64,000 nucleotides of DNA from a candidate division WOR-3 bacterium (GTDB lineage Bacteria; Hydrothermota; Hydrothermia; B15-G9; WFZT01): assembly GCA_027053075.1 (NCBI GenBank), contig JALUEE010000033.1, forward strand, positions 32,001 through 96,000. The letters run 5' to 3'. The notes beneath the pieces are model-generated. The model did no database searches, was not told where the DNA came from, and saw nothing but the letters and a program-made list of their open reading frames with translations. Made by a program: the position numbers and the translations under genes. Of the stretch, positions 21,498 to 32,800 are shown piece by piece (positions within the stretch are counted from its first letter, which is position 1; every line of letters begins with the position of its first letter).

Positions 21498-21959
21498 TTA
21501 TTCTAATATTTTGCGGTATTTGAAAAATATCCTTGCCCGCATTTCGCGCAGTAGCCACTTGCCATGCGCAATGTCGTAAGCTGTTAAGAACATATTCCCC
21601 ATAAATCCTGTTAAAAGAAGGGAAATACTTAAATTTATTTTCCTCCTTTGCTTTCCAATATCTGGATCAGGGTTTGTTACTCCTGAATAGAGTGAAGCTA
21701 TGCCATAAACAAGTGCCCCGGATAATACCATGCGGCCACCCAAAATCATAGCCCCCGTGAGCTTCTTATCGAGCATAAAATGCATATAACCGGGGATGAA
21801 TGCTGAAAAAGCGTAATCATCGTAGCTGACCTTCCAGATGAGAATTTTGTACTCCCTGTAGGTCATTTTCGGGGGAACATAAGGAAGGGTAAAATGGTTT
21901 CCGTAGAGCAAATCCCCCTGATTAAAAAATATGCTTAAAATGAATAAAACGTTGAACAT
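21498..21959 (-). CDS. Hypothetical membrane protein
   Basis: 153 aa; hydrophobic N-terminus, SAFIPG..H motif, two further hydrophobic helices; own promoter TTGACT-17-TAGAAT at 21997-21969. Confidence 0.65.
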   Translation of the reverse strand: MFNVLFILSIFFNQGDLLYGNHFTLPYVPPKMTYREYKILIWKVSYDDYAFSAFIPGYMHFMLDKKLTGAMILGGRMVLSGALVYGIASLYSGVTNPDPDIGKQRRKINLSISLLLTGFMGNMFLTAYDIAHGKWLLREMRARIFFKYRKILE

Positions 21960-22025
21960 CGCTTGAAAATTCTATTAATTCGTAGTTGTAAAGTCAAGCA
22001 AAAAACGAGCTTGTCTAAAAATGTT

Positions 22026-22068
22026 CCCCCTCCCATCCTCCCCCACGCACTTCGTGCGTGGGGGAGGA
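22026..22068 (+). repeat. Intergenic palindrome with pyrimidine mirror arm
   Basis: Perfect 15-bp stem TCCTCCCCCACGCAC-ttc-GTGCGTGGGGGAGGA preceded by CCCCCTCCC. Confidence 0.8.
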
Positions 22069-22317
22069 GACAGGTGGGGGAGATTCCTGTTAGAATTCCA
22101 ATAAATTGAAATTTTTTAAACCAGCAAAATCTGGCACTTTTCAGGAATTATACTCTGTATCTATTACCGTAAAAAATCCTCTTTAAAGATTGTGCTATTT
22201 GGCACTTTTAAAGCCAATATTCAGCAGTTCAAAAATTTAAGCGCAGAGTTAATGCCATCAAAATACTCAATTTTTCAACACAAAACTTTCGATATGAAGG
22301 GCTACCGGTCAAGAACC

Positions 22318-23400
22318 CTAACCTTCTAAAACCCTCTTAGCTATCTCATCGGACATTTCACGGGTACCGACCAGTTTCTCCTCAGGCTTGCCCGAGTAAA
22401 TATCTCTTGTCCTTAATCCATCGTCGAGAACCTTCTCAACTGCCCTGTCAATCCTGTTGTAAGCATCGTCCATGTCAAAGGTGTACTTGAGCATCATTGC
22501 AGCACTCATAATCTGTGCAATGGGGTTGGCAATACCTTTCCCGGCGATATCCGGAGCCGTGCCACCCACAGGCTCGTAGAGACCAAACTTTTTCTCGTTA
22601 ATGCTCGCAGATGGTAGCATCCCGAGCGAACCTGTTATCATTGCCATTTCGTCGCTCAAAATATCTCCAAACATATTGGAAGCGAGAATCACATCGAACT
22701 GGCGCGGGTTTCTCACCAATTGCATGGCAGCATTGTCAATGTAATAATGATTCAACTCCACTTCAGGATAACTTTCATGCACCTCTTCCACTGTCCTTCT
22801 CCAGAGGAGTGAGGCATAAAGCACGTTTGCCTTATCAACTGAAGTAACTTTCTTTCCTCTTTTCATAGCCGTATCGAATGCAACCTTGGCAATCCTCTCT
22901 ACTTCCCACTTATGGTATATCATGGTATCAAAAGCGACATCGTCTTTGAGCTCCTTGGGCTTTCCGAAATAAATACCGCTCGTGAGCTCACGGACAACCA
23001 TGATATCAAAGCCACCACCAATAATTTCCTCTTTTAGCGGTGATGCCCATACAAGAGGTTTGTAAATTTTCCCGTACCTGAGATTTGCGAAAAAGTCAAA
23101 ATGCTTCCTCAAAGGAAGAAGTGCCCCTCGCTCCGGCTGTTTATCCGGTGGCAGGTGCTCCCACTTTGGACCACCTACAGAGCCAAAGAGAATGGCATCA
23201 GACTGTTCACACCTTCTCAGGGTCTCCTGCGGCAATGGAGTTCCCCAGTTATCGATAGCTATTCCACCTACATCGGCATAAACATATTCAAAACTGACGT
23301 CATAGACTTTTTCAATGGCATTTAGAACAGTGATTGCCCCTTCCATAACTTCGGGGCCAATTCCATCTCCTGGCAGTACAGCCACTCTGAACTTTTTCAT
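22318..23400 (-). CDS. leuB: 3-isopropylmalate dehydrogenase
   Basis: [50 protein letters not shown]. Confidence 0.95.
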   Translation of the reverse strand: MKKFRVAVLPGDGIGPEVMEGAITVLNAIEKVYDVSFEYVYADVGGIAIDNWGTPLPQETLRRCEQSDAILFGSVGGPKWEHLPPDKQPERGALLPLRKHFDFFANLRYGKIYKPLVWASPLKEEIIGGGFDIMVVRELTSGIYFGKPKELKDDVAFDTMIYHKWEVERIAKVAFDTAMKRGKKVTSVDKANVLYASLLWRRTVEEVHESYPEVELNHYYIDNAAMQLVRNPRQFDVILASNMFGDILSDEMAMITGSLGMLPSASINEKKFGLYEPVGGTAPDIAGKGIANPIAQIMSAAMMLKYTFDMDDAYNRIDRAVEKVLDDGLRTRDIYSGKPEEKLVGTREMSDEIAKRVLEG

Positions 23401-23882
23401 AGGTACTTCTCCTTTGCGTAGTTTAAAAGGCCACCATACTGGATTATTTCCTTGATAAATTCAGGAAATGGCCGGGATTTCAAAACCTTATCACCCACCT
23501 TAATCTCTCCCTTATCGAGATCAACTTCAATTTCATCGCCCGTTTTGACAATGTCGTATATTTCACTGTTTTCCAGAATGGGGAGGCCAATATTGATGGA
23601 ATTTCTGTAAAAGATACGGGCAAAGCTTTTTGCAATAACAAGTGCCACTCCTGAAGCCTTGATGGCAAGTGGAGCGTGCTCACGTGAGGAACCCATTCCG
23701 AAACTCTCTCCAGCAACAATGATGTCACCGGGCTGAACCTTGCCTGCAAATTCCGGGTCAATATCTTCCATACAATGTTTCGCGAGCTCTTTTTCGTCTG
23801 TTGTGTTTAAATACCTTGCAGGGATGATAACGTCAGTGTCAACGTTATCACCAAATTTCCATACTCTCCCTTTGATTTTCAT
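23397..23882 (-). CDS. leuD: 3-isopropylmalate dehydratase small subunit
   Basis: [30 protein letters not shown]. Confidence 0.93.
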   Translation of the reverse strand: MKIKGRVWKFGDNVDTDVIIPARYLNTTDEKELAKHCMEDIDPEFAGKVQPGDIIVAGESFGMGSSREHAPLAIKASGVALVIAKSFARIFYRNSINIGLPILENSEIYDIVKTGDEIEVDLDKGEIKVGDKVLKSRPFPEFIKEIIQYGGLLNYAKEKYL

Positions 23883-23885
23883 TTT

Positions 23886-25160
23886 TTACCTCCCGATGTA
23901 CTCAGGTGATACAATTTTACCAGCGATGGCTGATGCTGCGGCCACTGCAGGATTTGTGAGATAGACCTCAGATTCCACATGACCCATTCTGCCCCGGAAA
24001 TTCCTGTTGGTAGTGGAAACGGCGCGCTCGTGAGGAGCAAGGACTCCCATGTGCCCACCAAGACACGGCCCACAGGTAGGAGGTGACACAACACCACCTG
24101 CATCAAGGAAAGTTTCAATATAGCCTCTCTTCAGTGCTTCTTTGTAAATTGCAGGTGTTGCAGGAAAGACCAGTAATCTTACCTTGTCGGCGACTTTGTG
24201 ACCTTTAAGGATTTCTGCTGCAATGGCAAGGTCTGAAATTCTACCATTTGTGCACGAGCCAATTACCACCTGATCAATCTTTATATCCATTTTTTCTACA
24301 TCGTAAATGGCCTTTGCATTCTCTGGCAGATGGGGAAAAGCAACCTGTGGAACTATGTCTTCTGCTCTAAATTCATAAATTTTCTCGTATTCTGCATCCT
24401 CATCAGATTTATAAACAGTATAGTCCGGACGTTCTTTTCTTTCCTCAACATACTGAATGGTCTTCTCGTCGGGCTCGATTATTCCCGTCTTTGCTCCAGC
24501 CTCAATTGCCATGTTGCAGATGGTAAAGCGGTTATCCATATTCAGGTTTTTTATGGTATCTCCAGTAAACTCCATCACTCGATAGTTAGCTCCACTTACG
24601 CCAATTTTACCGATTATGTAGAGGATGATATCCTTACCACCGGACCATTTGGGAAGTTTACCATTGATAACAAACTTCATGGTCTCGGGCACCCTGAGCC
24701 AAACTTTGCCAGTAATCCAGGCAAAGGTCAGGTCTGTTGAGCCCACACCCGTTGAAAATGCACCAAGAGCTCCATAGGTACATGTATGCGAATCTGCACC
24801 TACGATAAGGTCTCCTGGGAGCACCACGCCCTTCTCTGGTAAAAGTGCATGCTCTATACCAACCTCTCCGACCTCGTAATGATGTGTGATACCGTGCTCT
24901 TTCGCAAAATTCCGCATGGACTGGGTAATTATAGCGGTCTTGATATCTTTATTGGGCGTGTAGTGATCAGGAATCAATCCAATCTTCTCCGGATCAAACA
25001 CCTTCTTTGCACCTATCTCATTGAACTGCTTAATAGAAAGAGCCGCGGTGATATCGTTTCCAAAGGCGAAATCAACGTCAACTAAATAAATCTCCCCGGG
25101 TTCAACGTGATCCACCCCCGCGTGTTTCGCAATTATTTTCTGGGCAATTGTTTGACCCAT
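23886..25160 (-). CDS. leuC: 3-isopropylmalate dehydratase large subunit (short LeuC/HacA-type)
   Basis: [28 protein letters not shown]. Confidence 0.93.
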   Translation of the reverse strand: MGQTIAQKIIAKHAGVDHVEPGEIYLVDVDFAFGNDITAALSIKQFNEIGAKKVFDPEKIGLIPDHYTPNKDIKTAIITQSMRNFAKEHGITHHYEVGEVGIEHALLPEKGVVLPGDLIVGADSHTCTYGALGAFSTGVGSTDLTFAWITGKVWLRVPETMKFVINGKLPKWSGGKDIILYIIGKIGVSGANYRVMEFTGDTIKNLNMDNRFTICNMAIEAGAKTGIIEPDEKTIQYVEERKERPDYTVYKSDEDAEYEKIYEFRAEDIVPQVAFPHLPENAKAIYDVEKMDIKIDQVVIGSCTNGRISDLAIAAEILKGHKVADKVRLLVFPATPAIYKEALKRGYIETFLDAGGVVSPPTCGPCLGGHMGVLAPHERAVSTTNRNFRGRMGHVESEVYLTNPAVAAASAIAGKIVSPEYIGR

Positions 25161-25291
25161 GACAACCTCCTTACAGATTTAAACAGTTTATTATAAAGGG
25201 TGAGTGTGATGGATTGCCTTTCGCGCTTGGCAGGTTCCACAGCGACAAATTGAGTTGTCAAGTCCTGGAAAGTTCTGGCTAATAAAAATAT

Positions 25292-25338
25292 TCCTCTCCC
25301 CGCATAAATATTGGCGGGGAGAGGAGTAAGGAGAGGGG
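25292..25338 (-). repeat. Intergenic palindrome with perfect pyrimidine mirror arm
   Basis: Minus strand: CCCCTCTCCT-tac-TCCTCTCCCCGC-10nt-GCGGGGAGAGGA. Confidence 0.8.
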
Positions 25339-25420
25339 CTAAATATTTCACTTTCCTCAGAAAATCCTCACCCATCTACAGAATGTTTTCCATCTTAAAT
25401 TTTAATTTTCAAGCGGAATG

Positions 25421-25466
25421 CCCCTCCCAAAACCCAACCCCATTTGCAAAGCAAGTGGGGGTTGGG
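25421..25466 (+). repeat. Degenerate copy of the same palindrome family
   Basis: CCCCTCCC-aaaa-CCCAACCCCATTTGC-aaa-GCAAGTGGGGGTTGGG. Confidence 0.55.
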
Positions 25467-25624
25467 AAAACTTAGATCATGCCGTTTCGCAGATGTGTTA
25501 ATAGAGAATGAATCTTCGAACCGACTCAGTCTTGACAGTCTTCACGGAAGGGGGTCAATATATAGGAAAGTATGTGCAATTTTAAAAGATTAGTTTGTGA
25601 TGAAGGTTCATCAAAGGAGAACGG

Positions 25625-26809
25625 ATGGAGAAGAATAAAACGATTACTGTTTCCCCGTTAAAACTCGCACTTTCGTTCCTGAAAATAGGCCTCACTGCCT
25701 ACGGGATTGCCATTCTTCAGCAGATGAGGGCAACTATTTTAGGTAACAGATGGCTTTCCCCTGAAAAATTTGAGGAAGGCCTTGCTATGGTTCAGCTCTA
25801 TCCAGGCCCCATTATGTTTGACCTTGGCACCTATTCCGCCTATGAAATCTGTGGATTCACCTGTGCTGCCCTCGCCATGTTCTCCTTCCTTCTCCCTTCA
25901 TATCTCCTGATGGTAGCACTCTCCTACGTTTACTTCAAATTTGGCAACGTCTCGTGGATTCACCCTTTATTTCTCGCCCTTGAAGCCATGGTTGTGGGTG
26001 TAATTACTCATATTTTTATCGACTTTGTCAAAAAATATGCCCTCAGCTGGCAGGGGATTCTGATCGCAACTCTCTCCTTTGTCTTAATGATCTTTCAGGT
26101 GAGTGCTATCCTTATAATCTTCCTCGCTGCCCTGCTTTCCATGATCATTATTACGAAAATTAAAAATCCTCGAAAGAATGTGAAAGCTTTTGAAACTTCA
26201 TCTCACACTGGAAGTATCGAGAAAGTTGGTTTTGGAGCGACTGCACTCGTATTCGTTGGTTTAATTGTACTCACTATCATCTCTCCAAAGGGCTCTGCTG
26301 CCGCTCTTACAACCTCTATGTTCAAAATCGGAGCAGTGGCCTTTGGAAATGCCTTCACCATCATGCCCCTGATGCAGCAGGAGGTGGTCTCAATTCATCA
26401 CTGGCTAACCCTGAAGCAGTTTTCGGACGGAATAGCCCTTGGGCAAATAACCCCAGGTCCATTTTTGATCACAGCCGTATTCATTGGCTATAAAGTTTCG
26501 GGAATCCCGGGAAGTGCCCTTGCTGCATTCGCAATATTCTTCCCGAGTTTTTTCTATACCCTTATCGCAACCCTCACCTATGCAAAGATCAGAAACAACA
26601 TGTATGTAAAAAAGGCTATAAAAGGCATTCTATCCGCGTTTACCGGCATGCTACTTTATGTTTTGATAAGTATTGGAAAGTTTTCGCTTAAAAACCCAGT
26701 CGCCATCATCTGGGCCCTATGGGCATTTGTAGCGGTCCGATTTCTGAAGCTAAACCTGCTGTGGGTTTTCTTTATCGGACTCACCTTCACCGTTTTCTTT
26801 TACATCTAA
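25625..26809 (+). CDS. chrA: Chromate ion transporter (CHR family, long chain)
   Basis: Two CHR halves: FLKIGLTAYG..QLYPGP and FKIGAVAFG..GQITPGP. Confidence 0.9.
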   Translation: MEKNKTITVSPLKLALSFLKIGLTAYGIAILQQMRATILGNRWLSPEKFEEGLAMVQLYPGPIMFDLGTYSAYEICGFTCAALAMFSFLLPSYLLMVALSYVYFKFGNVSWIHPLFLALEAMVVGVITHIFIDFVKKYALSWQGILIATLSFVLMIFQVSAILIIFLAALLSMIIITKIKNPRKNVKAFETSSHTGSIEKVGFGATALVFVGLIVLTIISPKGSAAALTTSMFKIGAVAFGNAFTIMPLMQQEVVSIHHWLTLKQFSDGIALGQITPGPFLITAVFIGYKVSGIPGSALAAFAIFFPSFFYTLIATLTYAKIRNNMYVKKAIKGILSAFTGMLLYVLISIGKFSLKNPVAIIWALWAFVAVRFLKLNLLWVFFIGLTFTVFFYI

Positions 26810-29800
26810 TTCAGCATGATCAATTTCCTGATTAAAACCTTCCCTTGAGCTTTAACTTTAATAAAATAAACACCTTCTTTAAGGTTACCCCTAAGCTCGT
26901 AAGTCTTTATCCCTGGAGTAAAACTCTCGATCTTCTTGAAAATTGCTCTACCACCTGCATCATAGACCACAATCTCGACATCTTCGCTTTTTGGAATAGA
27001 AAAGGTCAGTTTTGCGCTGTTGTGGGCCGGATTGGGGGCAACACTAAGGTCAAATCTGTGAGGAATTATATCGGATTCTCCAACATTTACGAGTATCACC
27101 CTGAAGTGGTAGATACTGTCCTCTGGATCATAGGCCTCGTTGGGGTCGTGGGCATTGTCTATTGCGTAAATAAAGTAGTTTACCGTCGTTGTGTCCTGAA
27201 CCTGCGGGATAAATGCATGGTAAAAGTTTGCCGTATCGAGAACCATATCCAGACTGTCGAAAATTCGTGGCGATTCACCAAAGGCATAGAAGAGCCTCAC
27301 TGCCCTCAGCCCATTTTCATCAAATACACGGGTTCTGATCTCATAGGGCCCCATAAAGCTTGTATCGTGCCATATAGTTGTGGACTCGATAACTGGTGGT
27401 GTAACATCAATGGCAAAAGTCCAGACATCTGAAGAGCTCCAGTTGCCTGCGTCATCGTATGCCTTCACCCACCAGGTGTACCACCCTTCATGTAGAGTGG
27501 TCTCGTAATAGTAACTTGTATCTGAAATTTCAGCAAAAATTGTGGTATCCGTTGAGTCTGCGAGATAAAGTTCATAGAAAGTTTGCTTGTTACCATCCTT
27601 TTTAACCAATTTCTCTGTGGGATGCCAGCAGAACCAAACTCCGTAAGGATCAGAGGAAATGCTCGAATCTTCTGGGAAAATGAGCACCACAGGCTCAGGT
27701 GGGATCGTGTCCACGTAGAAAACCGCAATCTCGCTGAAACTCACATTCCCCGCGCTATCATAACTCCTTACCTGCCAGTACCATTCTCCATTTCCTATAG
27801 AGGTAAGCATATAGGTGGTATCCATCATGGTTGTGTCAATTTCTGGATTCATCATATCCGGGTTGTCTGCAATGAGAAAACGATAACCGGCAAGTCCACT
27901 AAGTGTGTCGTGTGACGGCATCCAGCTGAACTGATAGGGGAAAGATGTGATATAATAACCGTACCCGGGATAAAGCAAGATGGAAGCTGTCGGTGGCTCA
28001 TTGTCCACCCTGAAGCTATCCCTAAGCGACCAATCTGAAGTCCTGCCTCCATATAATGTCCTCACATGCCATGTATATGAACCAGTGGGCAATGTCACAA
28101 TAGCTGAGTCCTCGCTCACCGTATCCCTTATTAACGGGTACCCATTAACCATCACCTCCACTATGTATGAAAGAGTGTCCTTCGTTGATACCTGCCATCT
28201 CAGTGTCACCGGACTCCTCGTCCATGTGTTTCCAATAGGTGAAACCAATGTTGGCACCGGGAGTGGTGCATAGTGGTGGAAAATACGAATACCACTCGGA
28301 GACATATTCCCCACACTATCAAAACTCTCCACCATCCAGTACCAGTCTCCATAGTTAAGGGAGGTGAGAGTGAATGTCGTATCAGAGAGTGTGGTATCAA
28401 CAACAGGGTTTGCCATGCTGTCATTATCCGCAACAAGAAGTCGGTACCCTGCAAGACCTGCTAAAGTATCAGTTGATGATGACCAGATAAAGTGGATAGT
28501 TCCACTGATTGTATCTTCATCTGGAGGTGAAATGAGATTTGGTGAAGTCGGACCTGTGGTGTCTCCTACGAGCATCCACGGTGAGGTCCACTGGCTTGAA
28601 TTACCCTGATAATCAACCTCTCTCACGCGCCAGAGGAGCCTGCCTTCAGGAATATTTAATGTCAGCGTTGTATCCGCAAGCGTGTCATCATAAAAAGTGC
28701 TCGTGAAACTGGAATCATTTAAAGAAAGCTGGAAATTGAAGAATCGATTGGACTTATTCCTCAGCTCTAACGTTTTTCTCAGCCTAACAATTTCTGTTTT
28801 TACGAAATTCTTACTGCCCGATCTCCATACAAACTGCATATTCTGGAGATTGTTGGTCATTGAATCGTTGTGAGGTAAAACCAGCTCTGGAACAGGTAAA
28901 ATATGCCTTATTACAAACCAGGCCGTATCAGAAACTGCCACGTTACATGCACTATCAAAGGCAGTAATAGCGAAATAAAATGTCCCGGTGGTGAGGATTA
29001 GGGTCGCTGTGGTATCGGTTGCCTCAATCATCCCAGATGCCGCGCCCCAGTAATTTAGCTGATACATCCGTATTCCAAAGTTGTCAGATGAGCTCGACCA
29101 TATTACCGTTACCGTATCATTGTACAGGGTGTCATTTTGAGGGGATATAATGGCGGGTGCCGATGGTTTTGTTGTATCAACGGCAAATCTTGCTGGATCT
29201 GACCAATCTGATGTGCCAGCCTGATTGGAAGCACGCACATGCCAGTAAAAATGTCCCTCGGGGAGAGTCATCAAAGCCGTTGTATCCGTGGTTACAAGCG
29301 TATCAATCACATTGTTGAAAAAGCTATCCGTGGCTATTTGCAGAGTGTAGTTTACACTGGTCTTCTTATCTGGTGCTTCATCGGCCCTGGCTATACTTTC
29401 AATGGCTTTGAACACTTTTACCCCCGGTGACCAGACAAATCTCACCGTGTCGTAATTAAAAATTGTGTCAAGTGGTGCAAGTATTTGAGGCACAGGTGGT
29501 GGATTTAGAATTCCCACATAAAAATGCAGTGTATCACTGTACCTCTGGTCAAGCAGACTATCTTCTGCAACAACAAACCACCAATGCCATCCGTTTTGAA
29601 GATTAAAATCCACCTGCCATATCGTATCAGTTACCGTTGCCACCATCTGGCTATCAATAAACACGTGATAGCCGGTTATACTTGAAAGTATGTCAGTTGC
29701 CTGGTGCCAGATAAGGTTGATGGTGTCACTGGTTCCAAAAGTACTTGAGTCGGAGGGTGAGATAAGATTAAAGTGGCTAATCCCATTCATTATCCTTATA

Positions 29801-32800
29801 CCATCTGTGGGGTCACTTTCGCTGCTGAGTCCAACTTTGTTGTAGGCAACAACCTTTGCATAGTATGTTGAATCACCCCTGAGGTTCATGGGACCTACGC
29901 GGTAAGACCTTACATTTGGTGGGACGTTGAATCGATAAAGGACATTCTGAACACTCGGGTCTCCTGATATTTTTATCACAAAACTATCGAGAAGCGATTC
30001 ATAATCTCCATAGCAGGTCCAGCTAAAAGACAGGGAATCGTGGCTTGGAGTCAAATCTCCCTCATCACGTACATTTATAGGTCTGAAAGGTGGAGTTGTG
30101 TCAATGATACAGGTACCACGCAGAATCGAAGTTTTACCGTAATTGTCAAGAAGTTTTACGTAAAGTGCCACAGGCCCCACTCTGTTGAAAATGTAACTCG
30201 TCTCGGCATCAAACGGCATCCATGGGGTCCAATCCCGCATATTTGTTGAGAACTTCATGCTATCCACAGTAACTGTCTTGTTTTTGTACTTATCCAGGTC
30301 AATATAGACAGAGACCGTTTCTGAGGCCTCAAATCCACTTCCAAGGTAAACATTTCCAGAAGGTCCCGATGGATCGTAGTCAATGGTGATTGCGGGTGGA
30401 TGATATTCATTTCCAGCTTTGTCTTTGAAAGTTACACTTATGGTCCTTGGACCTACAGCTCCTGAATCTACATTGTAAATAACGGTGAATGGTGCTGTAA
30501 TGGGAAACGGGTACAATGAATTATTTATCCTGTAAGAAGACATTCCACTTCCACCATCAATGGCATAAATGTTTAAAGTACACTCTGTTGTCTCAAGGAA
30601 TGGTGCATGGTTCAAGAGTGTCACCCACCCGGTATCAGGAGGTGTAGTGTCTACTATTATGTCGTCGTGATAACTTCTTACCTGACTTGCCGTTTTCACT
30701 TCTGCATAAACAGTTCTCCTCCCCTCTCCTGCAAGGAGGTTCCAGTTGGGATAGGATGAGCTGTAAGGAATCCAGCCGGTACCTGTGGCAAATTGTGGAT
30801 CATTTGAGATTCTCATTGAATCTGGAGCACCCATGACACGAAATCCCATATCATAGCCACAGGGGTACCAGTAAAGTCCCTTCTTCATGGGACTGTAATA
30901 GAGGTGCCCCTCTGTGTAGTTCGTATCGGACCCCACTGCCACGTGTATGTTGTTCTGATACTCGCCAAGTGAATCCTGAAAGATTGCTATAAAGTAAACC
31001 GTATCAGAGTCAACTGAAATTGGGGTTGGTAATTGTATAGTGAGCCATCCACCTACATCCTCATGCAGGGTATCAAGGAACAGTGGTTGATATGGTGAAT
31101 GTTCACCATCAACCACAGTATCGGAGTAAATTCCCACCTTTGCTCCTGAGTCCGCATTGTCAATACATATACTGAACGCACCTATTCTATCAGAATGGGG
31201 GATAAAGGATTGGGCAAGTGGATACTCCCCAAAAGATTCACTTATAGTCGAATTTGATGCCAATATTCCAATAGCATTTATGGTCAAATCTACCGTGGAA
31301 GAATTTGTAAATGTGGAGTCGTCATTTATGGTGAGTTTTCCATAGTAATCAAGCAGGATAGCAGAGGATACCGGATAGTGTGGCGAGACCCCAAGAGAAT
31401 CGGTAAAAATTACGTTTATCAGGTGATTCCCGCTTGATCCAGAAAGGGTGTAGGAATAAGTAGAACCTGATGAGTAAGGATACGTTACTGTTCTATTACC
31501 ACTCTCGTAGATAGTTATTGACTTCACCGGTACCAGTGTGGATTCTATCGTCACATCTGTAATGCTTATCGTTGGATTCAGGGTTGAGGAATCGCCATTG
31601 TTTATAGAGAATGTCCCAATAGGTCCTGTCTGATCCACGGTCACAACCTTCATGATTGAGTCACTCACATTGCCCGCAAGGTCGGAAAATCTTACCCAGA
31701 TGGTATCAATCTCGTTATTATATGTTCTCGTGTGCATGGTCCAGTTAACTGAGTAATCAAATCCATTGCCATAATCAAAGGTTTGCCACGTACTTCCATT
31801 ATCCCTGACAATAACCTGCGAAGGTGGAAGTGTGTCTCCAAACTGGGTGAATGTATCCATTGCCGTAAAGTAAATTACCGTGTTCTTGGTAATTACATTT
31901 GAAATATTGACCGTTCCCACAGGTGGAATTGAGTCAATATTTGTCAATGTATGATTCAAGATGAGAGTATCAAAATTTGTAAGATAAACGGGAATACTAT
32001 CAATCCTGTAACCTGGTTTATAAAATCTTACGTAGTACGGTGAGCCTGAAATACCGGCATTAGCAGGTACGTTGTCAATTTCGTAATGACCTAATGAATC
32101 CGTATAAGCATAGAAAAAAGTCCCCAGCACAACCTGTGTGGATTCAGCCGGGTTGCCGTGATCATCAAGGACCGTACCTTTAACAGCAGATTTGCCCAGG
32201 ATTGGAATGTAAATCCAGAAAGGATCAGTTGACACCGTATCCATATCAACATACCTTGTAGAGTTGGCGTACAATCCCCTGTGATTGCTGTCCGGGATGG
32301 CTGTTATATTCACTTCCGCATCGTGGGGTATAAAAGCCACCCATCTATCCCAGTAGTTAAAGGTGGTATCAGGAACAGCTCGCTCAGCATATCCCTGTCC
32401 CCAGGCAACGGCCAAAACCTGACCAAACATCGAATCTGCCGGCGTAATCGTATCACCTGTAGTCTGATCAATAAGGGCAATCAATGTAGTAATCCTGTGC
32501 TTTCTCACAAATACATTGATTATCAGCGTATCGTTATGTGGATTGGGATCATGTTCGGTGCTGTCAGGAATGATAATGACCTTAATTTGAGCATTACCTT
32601 CATGAATCCACTGGGGGCCAACCCATGCTATATCGTCATGCCCTCCCGGTGGTATGGTGACAAACCCACGTCTATCCTCTACATAGGTGCTATCCGGGAA
32701 TATGAATTTTACCACGTATCCGTGAGAAGTGATGTTCCCTTTATTCCTGACCTTTAAACCAACACCTGTACGTCCCCCAACCTCAGGCTGATTGAGAAAG

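Noticed and set aside
22131..22218. TGGCACTTTT twice, one copy with GG-N10-GC sigma54 spacing
   Set aside because: The -12 element is poor and there is no downstream plus-strand gene.
25205..25245. GCGAAAGGC as a possible c-di-GMP-I riboswitch
   Set aside because: The GGCAAAC/GCAAAGC and receptor stems are missing.
25133..25375. 80-aa ORF as a possible leu leader peptide
   Set aside because: No tandem Leu run, it crosses a palindrome and overlaps leuC, and a TATAAT lies much closer to leuC.
25595..25660. Fluoride-riboswitch-like GTGATGAAGGTTCA upstream of chrA
   Set aside because: The downstream GCTRATGAC-type pseudoknot segment is absent.
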